Both the position numbers and the translations under genes were made by a program. Positions 10,166 to 20,083 of a stretch of DNA of 56,982 nt are shown here, in pieces. The stretch covers positions 1-56,982 of the forward strand of contig JBFGLM010000031.1 of assembly GCA_041576165.1 (NCBI GenBank), given 5' to 3'. The notes under the pieces were generated by a model. The model made no database searches, was not told the origin of the DNA, and was given only the letters and a program-made list of their open reading frames with translations. Within the stretch, counting starts at the first letter, position 1; the number at the start of each line of letters is the position of its first letter. Source of the DNA: Acidimicrobiia bacterium. GTDB taxonomy: Bacteria > Actinomycetota > Acidimicrobiia > Spongiisociales > Spongiisociaceae.

Positions 10166-11029
10166 CTAGTACATCGGCAACCGGCTGTCGGCCGCCTGGG
10201 TGGTCCAGTCCTCCTTCACCCAGGCGTGAGCGGGATCATCGCAGATCCGCCACACCCGTTCCTCCAAAGGTCCGGCCATGACGTTGAGGTAGTACATGTG
10301 ATAGCCGGGCGCGGCCACGCAGGGCCCGTGAAACCCGCGCGGGATCAAGAATGCGTCGCCGTCTCGCACGGTGACAGTCGCATCGATCTCATGGTCGGTG
10401 GTGTAGGTGCGATGAAAGCCGAAGCCCTCGCCGCTGCCCGCCCGATTGTCGATCCGGAAGTAGTAGATCTCCTCCAGCGGGACTTCGGCGTCGGTGTGCT
10501 CATCGTGCTTGTGCGGCGGGTAGGAGGACCAGTTGCCGGCAGGCGTGATCACCTCGACCGCGATCAGTTTGTCAGCGCCGTCGAAAGCATCCGCACTCGC
10601 GAAGTTGTTGATCTGCCGGGTCGCCTGGCCGGCTCCCCGGACCTCGACAGGTATGTCGGCCACGCGTACGTGCCGAGCCGGATGGTGGCGGGTGGCGACC
10701 GCCATCGGTATGGCGAACTCGCCCGACCGGGTGGCCGTCACGACAGCAACGGCGCCAAGCGGCAAATAGACGAAATCGGAAACGCCCGAGAACACGTCGT
10801 CGCGTCCCTCCATCTGGAACGTCTCGCCGGCAACGCTCACGTCGCAGGCGCCGGTCAAGGTGAGGACGCCTCCTTCCATCGGCCCGAGATCGATGGTCCG
10901 CTGCTCGTCGGCCGACAATCGCAGCACCCGCAACCCCGAGTACCGCCACCCGGCCCGCTCAGGGGTGATCAGGAGCGGATCAGGCCCGTCCGAAAGCGAT
11001 CCGGCCGGTCTAAACAACTGCTGGGTCAT
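10166..11029 (-). CDS. iolB: 5-deoxy-glucuronate isomerase (copy 1)
   Basis: EVRGAGQATRQINN, EVITPAGNWSSYPPHKHD, LEEIYYF, GFHGPCVAAPGY.MYYLNVMAGP. Start re-called to ATG 11029 with a GAGGAG RBS. Confidence 0.95.
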   Translation of the reverse strand: MTQQLFRPAGSLSDGPDPLLITPERAGWRYSGLRVLRLSADEQRTIDLGPMEGGVLTLTGACDVSVAGETFQMEGRDDVFSGVSDFVYLPLGAVAVVTATRSGEFAIPMAVATRHHPARHVRVADIPVEVRGAGQATRQINNFASADAFDGADKLIAVEVITPAGNWSSYPPHKHDEHTDAEVPLEEIYYFRIDNRAGSGEGFGFHRTYTTDHEIDATVTVRDGDAFLIPRGFHGPCVAAPGYHMYYLNVMAGPLEERVWRICDDPAHAWVKEDWTTQAADSRLPMY

Positions 11030-11101
11030 CTCTCGCTCCTCACGTCGGCCTGGATTCGGGCCACGCATCCGCCGGGGTGCCCGGGCGCCCACACCCGGCC
11101 A

Positions 11102-11130
11102 ACAGTAAATGTTGGAACGCTCCAACTCAA
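11102..11130 (-). promoter_or_regulatory. sigma70-type promoter for iolB
   Basis: TTGAGT (11130-11125), 17 nt, TACTGT (11107-11102). The operator lies in the spacer. Confidence 0.65.
11111..11126. promoter_or_regulatory. LacI-type operator 1 (GTTGGAACGCTCCAAC)
   Basis: Near-perfect palindrome with a CG centre, one mismatch from TGGAACGTTCCA. Confidence 0.8.
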
Positions 11131-11153
11131 CGGCCGTCGCCAAGCCACGACCC

Positions 11154-11182
11154 TTGACACCGAAAGCCGGATTCCGTAAGTT
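11154..11182 (+). promoter_or_regulatory. sigma70-type promoter for the sugar-binding protein gene
   Basis: TTGACA (11154-11159), 17 nt, TAAGTT (11177-11182). Confidence 0.75.
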
Positions 11183-11186
11183 TCGC

Positions 11187-11210
11187 CGCCATTAGAACGT
11201 TCCAATGGCG
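11187..11210. promoter_or_regulatory. LacI-type operator 2 (CGCCATTAGAACGTTCCAATGGCG)
   Basis: 24-bp palindrome with one mismatched pair, covering the predicted +1 of the TTGACA/TAAGTT promoter. Confidence 0.8.
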
Positions 11211-11405
11211 TGCCGGATTCCTGGCCGAGTGTGGAACGCAGGAGGCAATGGGCTTGGCGGATACCCCGCATCCACGGAGCCTACGGTCGCCCGAAACCGC
11301 GGACTGATTCTATGCTCTCCGCGGATGGAGGTCGGTGGGTCGGGCTGCGCAGCGCAACGCTGTGCCGCACAGGTGCTCCCCGACCAGAAGAGGAGGAAGA
11401 ACAGT

Positions 11406-12413
11406 ATGAAACGATTGATCGCGTTGCTCTTGGCGCTCGCCATGATCATTGCGGCCTGCGGTGACGGCGATGGCGAGGCCGGCACCGAAGACACCGGCGC
11501 CGCCGAAACGACAGAGGCCGCGCAAGACCAGGTCGATACGGTCCAGAGCTCCGGCCTGACGTTCCACATGGTGACCCACTCCGACGACGGTGTGTTCTGG
11601 TCCGTGGTGAAGAAGGGCGCCGAGGACGCGGCCGCGGCCGTCGGGGCCGAGATGGTGTGGAGCCCATCCAGCAACGACCCGCAGAAGCAGGTTCAGGATC
11701 TGGAAGCAGCCGTGGCGGCCGGTTCCGACGGGATCGGTGTGTCCCTGGCGAATCCTGAGGCACTTGTCCCGGCCTCGACCGCAGCGGTCGACGCCGGCAT
11801 CCCGGTGGTGACGCTCAACTCGGGTGTCGGTCAGTACGGCGAAATCGGTGCGATCACCCACGTCGGCCAGACCGAGATCGATGCCGGCAAGGGCGCTGGT
11901 GAATTCTTCAACGACCTCGGAGCGACGAAGGTGCTCTGTGCCCAGCAAGAGCAGGGCAACGTCGGGTTGGAGGAACGGTGCCAGGGTGCCGCCGAGACGT
12001 TCAACGGTGAAGTCGTCACCCAGTTCGTCGGTCTCGACGCCAACCCCGAAGAGCAGATCAACAACATCGCCGCGGCGCTCCAGGCCGACGCAGACATCAA
12101 CGCTGTGTTCGGCGTTGGACCCAACGTCGTCGTGCGTTCGATCGACGCCTGCACCCAGGCCGGTCGCGACTGCTTCCTGGGTGGGGTTGACATCTCCGAA
12201 GATGTGATCGCCGGTATCGAGGCCGGTGATATCAACTTCACGATCGACCAGCAGCAGTACCTGCAGGGGTACTTGACGATCATCATCCTCTACCTCAACG
12301 CCACCAACCTCAACACAGTTGGTGGCGGCCAGCCGGTGTTCACCGGTCCCGGTTTCGTCACGACTGACAACGTCGCCGAGGTGAAGGATCTGGTTGCGCA
12401 AGGAACTCGCTGA
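11406..12413 (+). CDS. Sugar (inositol) ABC transporter substrate-binding lipoprotein
   Basis: AGGAGG RBS, signal MKRLIALLLALAMIIAAC, periplasmic-binding-fold motifs FWSVVKKGAEDAA, TLNSG, HVGQ.E and IDQQQYLQGY. Lies in iol context. Confidence 0.92.
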   Translation: MKRLIALLLALAMIIAACGDGDGEAGTEDTGAAETTEAAQDQVDTVQSSGLTFHMVTHSDDGVFWSVVKKGAEDAAAAVGAEMVWSPSSNDPQKQVQDLEAAVAAGSDGIGVSLANPEALVPASTAAVDAGIPVVTLNSGVGQYGEIGAITHVGQTEIDAGKGAGEFFNDLGATKVLCAQQEQGNVGLEERCQGAAETFNGEVVTQFVGLDANPEEQINNIAAALQADADINAVFGVGPNVVVRSIDACTQAGRDCFLGGVDISEDVIAGIEAGDINFTIDQQQYLQGYLTIIILYLNATNLNTVGGGQPVFTGPGFVTTDNVAEVKDLVAQGTR

Positions 12414-12431
12414 TCCGAGCCACAGTTCAGT

Positions 12432-12470
12432 TGTGAAGGGGGGCCGGCGATTGCCGGCCCCCCTTTCACA
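12432..12470 (+). terminator. Intrinsic terminator/stability hairpin after the binding-protein gene
   Basis: TGTGAAGGGGGGCCGGC-gatt-GCCGGCCCCCCTTTCACA. Confidence 0.8.
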
Positions 12471-12581
12471 TGGGGACGGCGCAGGCCGGGCGAACTGGAG
12501 TTCACCGTCACCGGCAGTCTGACCTGAGGTCTGGCCACAAATCGCACCACCCGGCTGGCGCCGAACTCGATGTCATGGGGC

Positions 12582-12597
12582 TTTGGAACGTTCCAAA
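12582..12597. promoter_or_regulatory. LacI-type operator 3 (TTTGGAACGTTCCAAA)
   Basis: Perfect 16-bp palindrome between the hairpin and the permease gene. A candidate -10 (TACACT) lies at 12637-12642. Confidence 0.85.
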
Positions 12598-12704
12598 TCA
12601 TCTCAGGTCTCGCCGACACCAGCAGAACCCGGTCTGTACACTCGACGCACTCGTCGAGGAGGAAGAGTCGTGATCCTCGTGCATGGATACGCGGGAGACG
12701 GGCA

Positions 12705-14615
12705 ATGACGGCAACCATCGAGCAACCCCCCGCAGAACCGACGGCGGCTCCGGACGAACGTCTGGCGTACCGGGGACCGATCCAGCGCCTTCTGACCCGA
12801 CCGGAGATCGGGGCGTTCATAGGGGCGGCCGTGATCTGGGCGTTCTTCTGGGCGGTCAGTGACATATTCGGGACGACGGCCGGCGCCAACAACTACCTGG
12901 ACGTTGCGACCTCTCTCGGCATCATGGCGGTGGCGGTGGCGCTGCTGATGATCGGCGGCGAATTCGACTTGTCGGCCGGAGCGATGACCGGAGCCACCGG
13001 GATGCTCCTGGTGCTCCTCGTGAAAGATACGGGTGAGTTCGGCGGCGCCGGGCTCCCGCTCTTGGTTGCACTCCCGATCACGCTGGCCTTCGCTCTCGGG
13101 GTGGGGTTGCTCAACGGCACGCTCGTCGAGCGCACGGGCTTGCCGAGCTTCATCGTCACGCTCGGCACGTTCTTCGTCCTGGTCGGCGCGAAACTCGGGT
13201 TCGCCAAGTTGTTCACTGACAAGGTCATCGTCGAAGGACTGGACAACGCCCCTGACTTCGACGTGTTCAAAACGCTGTTCGGCAGCGTCTGGATCCGTAA
13301 CGATCATGTGTGGGACTCCTTCCTCGGGGGCAGGGACCTCGTGTTCGCGGTGCTGGCGATAGCCGGCGCCGTCGCGCTGACCGCCGGCGTGCTCGAACTC
13401 AGCCTCGTTCGGAAAGCCAGTCCCCAGTCGGCCGGGATTCCCTTCTTGATTGCCGGTCTCGTCGCCGCCGTCGGCGGCGTCGTCTTCATGTCCGGCACCG
13501 ATTCGGTTTCGAGCAACTGGATCGGATCCATACTCGTAGGCGTCGGGTCGATCATCGCAGCCATCGGGTTCGCCCACTGGCGGTACGAGCCTCGCAACAC
13601 ACAGGGCCTCTCACTGGCGGTGACGGCGCCAACGATCCGGCGCGTGGTGCTGGGCGTCGGGTTGATCGTTCTCGGAATCGTCGCCGGCGTTTCTCTCGAC
13701 TCCTCGTCGCAGACTGAAATCGGGTTCCTCTTGACCGTGCAGGGCCTGCGAGCGTTGCTGTTCATGGGCCTGGTAACAGCTGGGATGATCCTGGTGATCG
13801 GTGCGGCACGGGCCGCACAGGCCTCGCCGGTCACCCAGCTCGCCGTCAGCGTTCTTGCTGCGGCGTTGCTGGTGGTCGTGGCCTTTGTCGTGCAGTCCGA
13901 GGGCGACTCCCGCAAGATCCGGGCAGAGATGTTTGCGGCCATCCTCATCCTGGCCCTCATGCTGCTGGTTGCAGCGATCGTTCGATACTCCTATGTCGTG
14001 CGTCGCTACCAGGACCCTCCGGCCGATCAGCTCGGTCGGGTGCTGGCGCTGAGCGGGATCGGGCTCATGGTGGTCGCCGTGAGTCTGCGGCTCCTGTGGA
14101 GCACGACCGAGGAAAACGCCGCGTCGACGGGAACGATCAGCTATCGGATCTCGGTGCTGTACTTCCTCGCTTTCGCAGTTGTCGCAACGTGGCTGCTCCT
14201 CAAGACACGATTTGGGAGCTGGACGTTCGCGGTCGGAGGAAATGCTCCTGCGGCCCGCCAGGTTGGCGTCCCCGCCGCCCGAACCAAGACTCGACTCTTC
14301 ATGCTGGTCTCGGCGTCGGCGTGGCTGGTCGGCACCCTCATCGCCTTCCGCCTCAACTCCGTGCAGGCGAACGTGGGCGACGGCAATGAGTTCCTGTACA
14401 TCATCGCCGCGGTCGTTGGCGGATGTCTCCTGACGGGCGGTTACGGATCGGCGGCCGGTGCGGCGATCGGTGCCGTGATCATGGCCATGTCCTTCCAGGG
14501 GATCCCGTTCTCGGGGTGGAACTCCGACTGGCGCTTCCTCTTCGTGGGCGTGATCCTCCTGCTGGCAGTCCTCGTCAATAATTACGTCCGTTCGCGAGCG
14601 GAGGCAGCGCGATGA
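12705..14615 (+). CDS. Sugar ABC transporter permease (RbsC/BPD_transp_2 type) with a large membrane insertion
   Basis: [56 protein letters not shown]. 636 aa from ATG 12705 (GGGAG RBS). Confidence 0.9.
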   Translation: MTATIEQPPAEPTAAPDERLAYRGPIQRLLTRPEIGAFIGAAVIWAFFWAVSDIFGTTAGANNYLDVATSLGIMAVAVALLMIGGEFDLSAGAMTGATGMLLVLLVKDTGEFGGAGLPLLVALPITLAFALGVGLLNGTLVERTGLPSFIVTLGTFFVLVGAKLGFAKLFTDKVIVEGLDNAPDFDVFKTLFGSVWIRNDHVWDSFLGGRDLVFAVLAIAGAVALTAGVLELSLVRKASPQSAGIPFLIAGLVAAVGGVVFMSGTDSVSSNWIGSILVGVGSIIAAIGFAHWRYEPRNTQGLSLAVTAPTIRRVVLGVGLIVLGIVAGVSLDSSSQTEIGFLLTVQGLRALLFMGLVTAGMILVIGAARAAQASPVTQLAVSVLAAALLVVVAFVVQSEGDSRKIRAEMFAAILILALMLLVAAIVRYSYVVRRYQDPPADQLGRVLALSGIGLMVVAVSLRLLWSTTEENAASTGTISYRISVLYFLAFAVVATWLLLKTRFGSWTFAVGGNAPAARQVGVPAARTKTRLFMLVSASAWLVGTLIAFRLNSVQANVGDGNEFLYIIAAVVGGCLLTGGYGSAAGAAIGAVIMAMSFQGIPFSGWNSDWRFLFVGVILLLAVLVNNYVRSRAEAAR

Positions 14616-15493
14616 CCAGCAACGGCCAGAACCTTCTGGAGATCCGGAACGTCTCGAAGTTCTACGGCAACATCATTGCGCTGAAGGACATCACGACCTC
14701 GGTGCGAGCCGGCGAGGTCACATGTGTCCTCGGCGACAACGGTGCCGGCAAGTCGACGTTCATCAAGATACTGGCAGGCGCTCACCAGCAGACCGAAGGT
14801 CAGCTGTTCGTCGAAGGCGAAGAAGTCATGTTCGATTCGCCGCGTGATGCACTGGCTCGAGGAATCGCGACGGTGTATCAGGACCTGGCCATGGTGCCGC
14901 TGATGTCGGTGTGGAGGAACTTCTTCCTGGGCTCGGAGCCGACACGCTCGATCGGCCCGTTCAAGGTGATCGACAAGGAAAACGCGGCTCGGATCGCCAA
15001 GTCGGAGATGGCCAAGATGGGCATCGATATTCGCGATACCGAACAGTCGGTCGGGACACTCTCGGGTGGCGAACGGCAGTCAGTGGCCATCGCTCGTGCC
15101 GCGTACTTTGGCGCCAAGGTTCTGATCCTCGACGAGCCCACGTCGGCCCTGGGCGTCAAGCAATCTGGGGTGGTGCTGCGGTACATCGTGGAGGCCCGCA
15201 ACCGCGGGTTGGGTGTGATCTTCATCACGCACAATCCGAATCATGCCTATCCCGTGGGAGATCGTTTCATGATCCTCAATCGCGGCCAGTCGATGGGTGA
15301 CTATGCCAAGGAAGAGGTCAGCCAGGCCGAGCTGACCCAGTTGATGGCCGGAGGTGCCGAACTCGAGGCCCTGCAGCACGAACTCCAGGAGGCAGTGGAA
15401 CGCGGCGAGCGCGGCCTGAGTGAGGTCGCCGAGGACGTGGCCGAGGATCTCGAGTTCATCGAACACCTGGATGACCTGGATGACGAGGCCTGA
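14612..15493 (+). CDS. Sugar ABC transporter ATP-binding protein (single NBD)
   Basis: [31 protein letters not shown] overlap with the permease; acidic C-terminal tail. Confidence 0.95.
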   Translation: MTSNGQNLLEIRNVSKFYGNIIALKDITTSVRAGEVTCVLGDNGAGKSTFIKILAGAHQQTEGQLFVEGEEVMFDSPRDALARGIATVYQDLAMVPLMSVWRNFFLGSEPTRSIGPFKVIDKENAARIAKSEMAKMGIDIRDTEQSVGTLSGGERQSVAIARAAYFGAKVLILDEPTSALGVKQSGVVLRYIVEARNRGLGVIFITHNPNHAYPVGDRFMILNRGQSMGDYAKEEVSQAELTQLMAGGAELEALQHELQEAVERGERGLSEVAEDVAEDLEFIEHLDDLDDEA

Positions 15494-15516
15494 GCTCGGC
15501 CCGGACGCTCCCCGCA

Positions 15517-16482
15517 ATGGCTGAATCGGATCTCGAACTGCTCACCGTTGGTCGCATCTCGGTGGACCTCTACGCCGAGCAGCTCAATACTCCGACCCGC
15601 GAGGTCGTCAGTTACCGGAAGTCGATCGGAGGGACAGCCACCAATGTCGCGGTAGCCGCCGCCCGGCTGGGACGGCGGGCCGGCGTCTTCACCAAGGTCG
15701 GCGACGATAGGTTTGGCGACTACATCCGCTACGCGCTGACAGAGACCTTCGGCGTGGATACGCGCTTCGTCTCCACCGATCCAGACCTGCTAACGCCGCT
15801 GGCGTTCGCCGAGCTGAACCCGCCGGAGGACCCAGTCATCTTCTTCTACCGGGAGCCCCGTGCCCCGGACATGAACATCACGGTCGACGACGTCGATCTC
15901 GACACCGTGCGCTCGGTTCCGATCCTGTGGCTGCCGGCGTCCCGATTTGCGTTCGAGCCCAGCCGCACGACGGTGCGTGCGCTGCTCGAAGAACGCTCCC
16001 GGCGGCGGCACGTGATCCTGGACCTCGACTGGAGACCCATGTTCTGGGACTCAGCGGATGACGCTCGCCGCGAACTGTCGGCGGCGCTCGACCAGGTGAC
16101 GATGGCAATCGGCAACCGGGCAGAGTGCGAGATCGCGGTCGGCACAGCGGACCCGGACGAAGCGGCCGACCGGCTGCTGGGCCGCGGCCTCGATGCAGCC
16201 ATCGTGAAGCTGGGCGGCGACGGCGTCATGCTGGCCACCGCCGCCGGGGACCGCCGCCACATCGCCCCCTACCCGGTGAAAGTGGTCTGTGGTCTGGGAG
16301 CCGGTGACGCATTCGGCGGGGCGTGGTGCCATGCCATCCTGTCCGGAGCAGACCTACCGTCGGCCGCCGACCTGGCCAACGCCGCAGGTGCGTACGTTGC
16401 TGCCAAGCTGATGTGCGCCGACGATATGCCTACCGAGCCGCAATTGATGAAGTTCTACGACTCGCGCCGGAAGACGGCATGA
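15517..16482 (+). CDS. iolC: 5-dehydro-2-deoxygluconokinase (PfkB family)
   Basis: GRISVDLY, GGTATNVAVAAARLG, FFYREP.APD, LDLDWRPMFW, GLGAGDAFGG. No C-terminal DUF2090 aldolase extension (321 aa). Confidence 0.93.
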   Translation: MAESDLELLTVGRISVDLYAEQLNTPTREVVSYRKSIGGTATNVAVAAARLGRRAGVFTKVGDDRFGDYIRYALTETFGVDTRFVSTDPDLLTPLAFAELNPPEDPVIFFYREPRAPDMNITVDDVDLDTVRSVPILWLPASRFAFEPSRTTVRALLEERSRRRHVILDLDWRPMFWDSADDARRELSAALDQVTMAIGNRAECEIAVGTADPDEAADRLLGRGLDAAIVKLGGDGVMLATAAGDRRHIAPYPVKVVCGLGAGDAFGGAWCHAILSGADLPSAADLANAAGAYVAAKLMCADDMPTEPQLMKFYDSRRKTA

Positions 16483-17489
16483 AACCGGTCCGCATCGCCG
16501 TCCTGGGGATCGGGCGCATCGGCCAGATGCACGCGGAGCTGCTCGCTCATCAAGTGAGTGGCGCCGAGCTGGCTTCCGTGTTCGACATCGTTGAATCAGC
16601 AGCCGACGACGTTGCCGGTGAGTTGAACGTGCCTCGCGCCGGGTCCATTGATGAGGTCCTGGCCGACGGCACGGTCGACGCAGTGTGCATCGCCACCAGC
16701 ACCGACACCCATGTTGATGTGATGGTGGCTGCGGCGCAGGCCGGCAAGGCGATCCTGTGTGAGAAACCGGTCTCGCTCGACCTCACCGAGGTAGACCGCG
16801 CGTTGGCGGCCGTCGCGGCGGCCGGAGTCCCGCTCCAGATCGGATTCAACCGCCGGTTCGACGCCTCCCACCAGGCGGTGGCCACCGCCGTTGCGTCGGG
16901 TCAGATCGGCGATGTGCACCTCGTCAAGATCACCAGCCGCGACCCGGAACCGCCCCCGATCACCTATATCGAGGCGTCCGGTGGCATATTCCTAGATATG
17001 ACGATTCACGACTTCGACATGGCCCGCTACGTCACCGGTAGCGAAGTAGTGGAGGTCTACGCCAAGGGTGACGTCAGGGTCGACCCCGCCATCGGCCGGG
17101 CCGGTGACCTGGACACTGCAGTGATCACGCTGACCCATGAGAACGGCACACTGACGCTCATCGACAACAGCCGCCGTGCCGTTTACGGCTACGACCAACG
17201 CGTGGAGGCGTTTGGATCCGGGGGTGTGGTGAGCTCGGAGAACCCGCTGGCCGACACGACGGTGCGGCGTGACGGCTCCGGATCACACGGGGCAACGCTT
17301 CCCTATTTCTTCCTGGATCGCTACGTACCTTCCTACGTCGCCGAGTGGGAGGCCTTCATAACGGCCCTCAGTCATGGCACCCCGACTCCGGTGAATGGGC
17401 ATGACGGGCGGGCCCCGCTGGTCATCGGGCTGGCGGCGTGGAGGTCGGTGCGGGAGCAGCGTCCGGTGCGCACCGACGAGATCGGCTGA
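16479..17489 (+). CDS. iolG: myo-inositol 2-dehydrogenase
   Basis: G.GRIG..H, CEKP, GFNRRFD, ITSRDP, SGGIFLDMTIHDFD, NSRRAVYGYDQRVE. ATGA overlap with iolC. Confidence 0.93.
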   Translation: MKPVRIAVLGIGRIGQMHAELLAHQVSGAELASVFDIVESAADDVAGELNVPRAGSIDEVLADGTVDAVCIATSTDTHVDVMVAAAQAGKAILCEKPVSLDLTEVDRALAAVAAAGVPLQIGFNRRFDASHQAVATAVASGQIGDVHLVKITSRDPEPPPITYIEASGGIFLDMTIHDFDMARYVTGSEVVEVYAKGDVRVDPAIGRAGDLDTAVITLTHENGTLTLIDNSRRAVYGYDQRVEAFGSGGVVSSENPLADTTVRRDGSGSHGATLPYFFLDRYVPSYVAEWEAFITALSHGTPTPVNGHDGRAPLVIGLAAWRSVREQRPVRTDEIG

Positions 17490-18421
17490 TGAAGGTCTGG
17501 CTCACCGGCGGTACCGGGTTCGTTGGCAGCAACATCGTCCACGCGGCGGTCAAACAGGGCCACGATGTGCTGATCACCGTGCACACATTCGTTCCGGACA
17601 ACGAGCCGGGGTATGCCACCGCGGCCGTCGATATGACCAATCGGGAGGCGGTGGTGCACAGCGTCGGCGGTTTCGAGCCGGACCTCGTCATCCACTGCGC
17701 CATCCTCAACGACCTCGGCCTCATGTACCGCGACCGGGCACGATCCTGGGACGCGTACGTCAACGCGACCCGGTACTCAGCCGAAGCTGCCGCTGCCGCC
17801 GGCGCCGCCTTCGTCCTGGTTTCCACTGACTGGGTATTCGACGGCACCCAGAGCGGCGCCGATGAGGAAACGCCACCGAACCCGGTGAACCTCTATGGCG
17901 TCCTCAAGATGGCCAGCGAAATCGTCGCGCTCGAGCGGGGAGGGGCGGTGGCACGGGTCTCCGGTGTGAACGGCATCCACCGGGCCCGGCCCAGCACACC
18001 ACGGTCCCAAGACCCCGGATTCGGCTACTTCGTAGCGAGCATCGTCGATTCGCTGTCGGCGGGCCGGCCGTTCACGGTGTGGGAGTCGGAACAGATCAAT
18101 ATGCGAGCCACGCCGTCGCTGGCCGACGAGTGCGCAGAACTGATGCTGGAGATCGGCCGCCGCGGCCTGACCGGGGTCTTTCACACCTGCGGAGCGGACG
18201 CAGTGGGCAGGATGGAGCTGGCGCAGATGACGTGTCGTGCCTTCGATCTCGACCCGGGACTCCTGCGGAGCGGGCCTCCCCCGGCCGGCGCCATGCCGGG
18301 CGTGCCGATCCCTTACGACACCAGCCTGACCACTCCCCGCACCAGCGCGCTCCTCGAGCGGGTGCCGACGCCCGTTGGCGATCTCCTGCGCCGGTTCCGG
18401 TCGGAGCTCGAGCCGATGTGA
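17489..18421 (+). CDS. RmlD-like extended SDR (dTDP-4-dehydrorhamnose reductase fold)
   Basis: TGGTGFVG, VIHCA, VSTDWVFDG, PVNLYGVLK. TGATG coupling to iolG. Confidence 0.8.
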   Translation: MKVWLTGGTGFVGSNIVHAAVKQGHDVLITVHTFVPDNEPGYATAAVDMTNREAVVHSVGGFEPDLVIHCAILNDLGLMYRDRARSWDAYVNATRYSAEAAAAAGAAFVLVSTDWVFDGTQSGADEETPPNPVNLYGVLKMASEIVALERGGAVARVSGVNGIHRARPSTPRSQDPGFGYFVASIVDSLSAGRPFTVWESEQINMRATPSLADECAELMLEIGRRGLTGVFHTCGADAVGRMELAQMTCRAFDLDPGLLRSGPPPAGAMPGVPIPYDTSLTTPRTSALLERVPTPVGDLLRRFRSELEPM

Positions 18422-19074
18422 TGTTGCGCCACATCGTCCTGGTGGCCGCCCTCGTGGCTGCTTGTACCAGCTCGGTGCCGGATCCTTTCGATTCGATCCT
18501 GAGCGTCCAGGCCGACATGTGCGGGCGTCAGATGGTCGCCTCGGCAGTGCTCATCCGCCCCGAGCTGGTGCTGACCAACGCGCACAACGTGGCCGGCTCG
18601 GATGGCCACCTCACCCTGTTCGACAGCGACGGCGGCGAAACGACCGGGACGGTGGTGGCGATCGACATCGAGCGGGATCTGGCGCTGCTGCACGCACCAG
18701 GGGTGGCCGGCCGGGTGATCGATACAGATCGCCCGTCCGAGCAGGGTGCCGGGCGGATTCTGCGGCTCACCCCCGACCTCGCCCCGGCACATGTCGACTA
18801 CCACGGAGCAGACCCAATCGTCGTTGCGGGCCATGACATGTATGACGCGCCGAGCAAACTTCGCCGCTCGTCGGTCCGGGTGATCGCCGACGTAGGACCG
18901 GGCTGGTCGGGAGCCCCGCTCGTCACCGCCGACGGACGCATGGTGGGTCTCGTCTATGCCGAGTCCCGCTCGAGCGGATACACCTACGCGATCGCGGTGG
19001 ACGAGATAGAGCGCTTCGTTCACTCGGCCGAGGCACGCAGTGCGCTCCTCGACACAGGCGCGTGCGCCCCCTGA
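18421..19074 (+). CDS. Trypsin-like (S1) serine protease, predicted lipoprotein
   Basis: Signal ending LVAAC. Catalytic triad motifs LTNAHNV, RDLALL and GPGWSGAP. TGATG coupling to the upstream gene. Confidence 0.8.
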   Translation: MLRHIVLVAALVAACTSSVPDPFDSILSVQADMCGRQMVASAVLIRPELVLTNAHNVAGSDGHLTLFDSDGGETTGTVVAIDIERDLALLHAPGVAGRVIDTDRPSEQGAGRILRLTPDLAPAHVDYHGADPIVVAGHDMYDAPSKLRRSSVRVIADVGPGWSGAPLVTADGRMVGLVYAESRSSGYTYAIAVDEIERFVHSAEARSALLDTGACAP

Positions 19075-19138
19075 GCCCTCGCACTCGTTGGGTGACAGCT
19101 CACGCACGCGCGGCCATGGACCGGTCAGGCTGAGCGGG

Positions 19139-20023
19139 TCAGAGCTCGAGCCGGCGCAGAAAGGCCATGCTCGTCTCGGCGTCGCTGATCGGTCCTCGGC
19201 CCGCCGGCGGTGCTGCCGAGAGAGCCTTGTCTTGTTCGAGCACATACCAGCCGCGATAGCCCGTCGCCTCCAGGTGGCGGATGACACCGGCAATGTCCAC
19301 GAACCCATGCCCGAGCGGCTTGAACAGCCCTTCGATGACCGCCTGCCGGAACGGGACTTCGCCGGCCTGCACCCGTTCAGCCAGGCGTTCGTCTACGTCC
19401 TTCAGGTGGACGTGGACGACGCGATCGCCCGCCATCCTGGCTACCTCGACCGGGTCACCCCCGGCCAGCGCAATGTGCCCGGTGTCGATGCATATCTCGA
19501 CCGGGCAGGTGGTCAGGAGGCGCTCGATGTGGTGAGGGCGGTCGATCGCCATACCCCAATGTGAGTGCAGTGCCGTGGTCAGCCCTCGCTGTTCGGTGAG
19601 GTCCATGAGCCGGTCGAGTCCCCGGCGGAAGGTCACCCATTCCTCGTCAGTCATCTCGATGACCGTGTCGTAGCCATCGAGCGTGGATGCGGGACCCAGG
19701 ACGAAGATCTGGGCGCCGGCGCCGGCGAGGGTGTCCGCCGAGTGGGCTGCAAACTCCAGCTGCGCCTCCAGTCTGTCCGGGCGGTACAGGGTGACGGGCA
19801 CAAACCCACCCACCAGTTCCAATCCATAGTGGGTGAGAAGTGGGTCAAGTTCGGCAGGGTCGGTGGGCAGGTAGCCGGCGGGGCCCAATTCGGTGGCATG
19901 CATGCCCACCTGTTGCATCTCACCCAACACCCGATCACGGTTCATGAGATATCCCCACCCGGGCGAGCCATCGACCCCCCAGGTGATGGGGGCACCGGCT
20001 ACTCGGGACAGAAACTCAGGCAT
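19139..20023 (-). CDS. iolE: myo-inosose-2 dehydratase-like TIM-barrel protein
   Basis: AGAPITWGV...PGWG, ATELGP.GYLP, CIDTGH, HVHLKDV, F.PLG.G.VD, GWYVLEQD. Start 20023 (alternative GTG 20044). Confidence 0.82.
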   Translation of the reverse strand: MPEFLSRVAGAPITWGVDGSPGWGYLMNRDRVLGEMQQVGMHATELGPAGYLPTDPAELDPLLTHYGLELVGGFVPVTLYRPDRLEAQLEFAAHSADTLAGAGAQIFVLGPASTLDGYDTVIEMTDEEWVTFRRGLDRLMDLTEQRGLTTALHSHWGMAIDRPHHIERLLTTCPVEICIDTGHIALAGGDPVEVARMAGDRVVHVHLKDVDERLAERVQAGEVPFRQAVIEGLFKPLGHGFVDIAGVIRHLEATGYRGWYVLEQDKALSAAPPAGRGPISDAETSMAFLRRLEL

Positions 20024-20061
20024 CACGATCTCCGGAAGGACCACTTGGATGGTGGGGAGAA

Positions 20062-20075
20062 ATGGAACGTTCCAA
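20062..20075. promoter_or_regulatory. LacI-type operator 4 (ATGGAACGTTCCAA)
   Basis: Perfect 12-bp core TGGAACGTTCCA just downstream of the iolE -10. Confidence 0.85.
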
Positions 20076-20083
20076 CACCGCCA

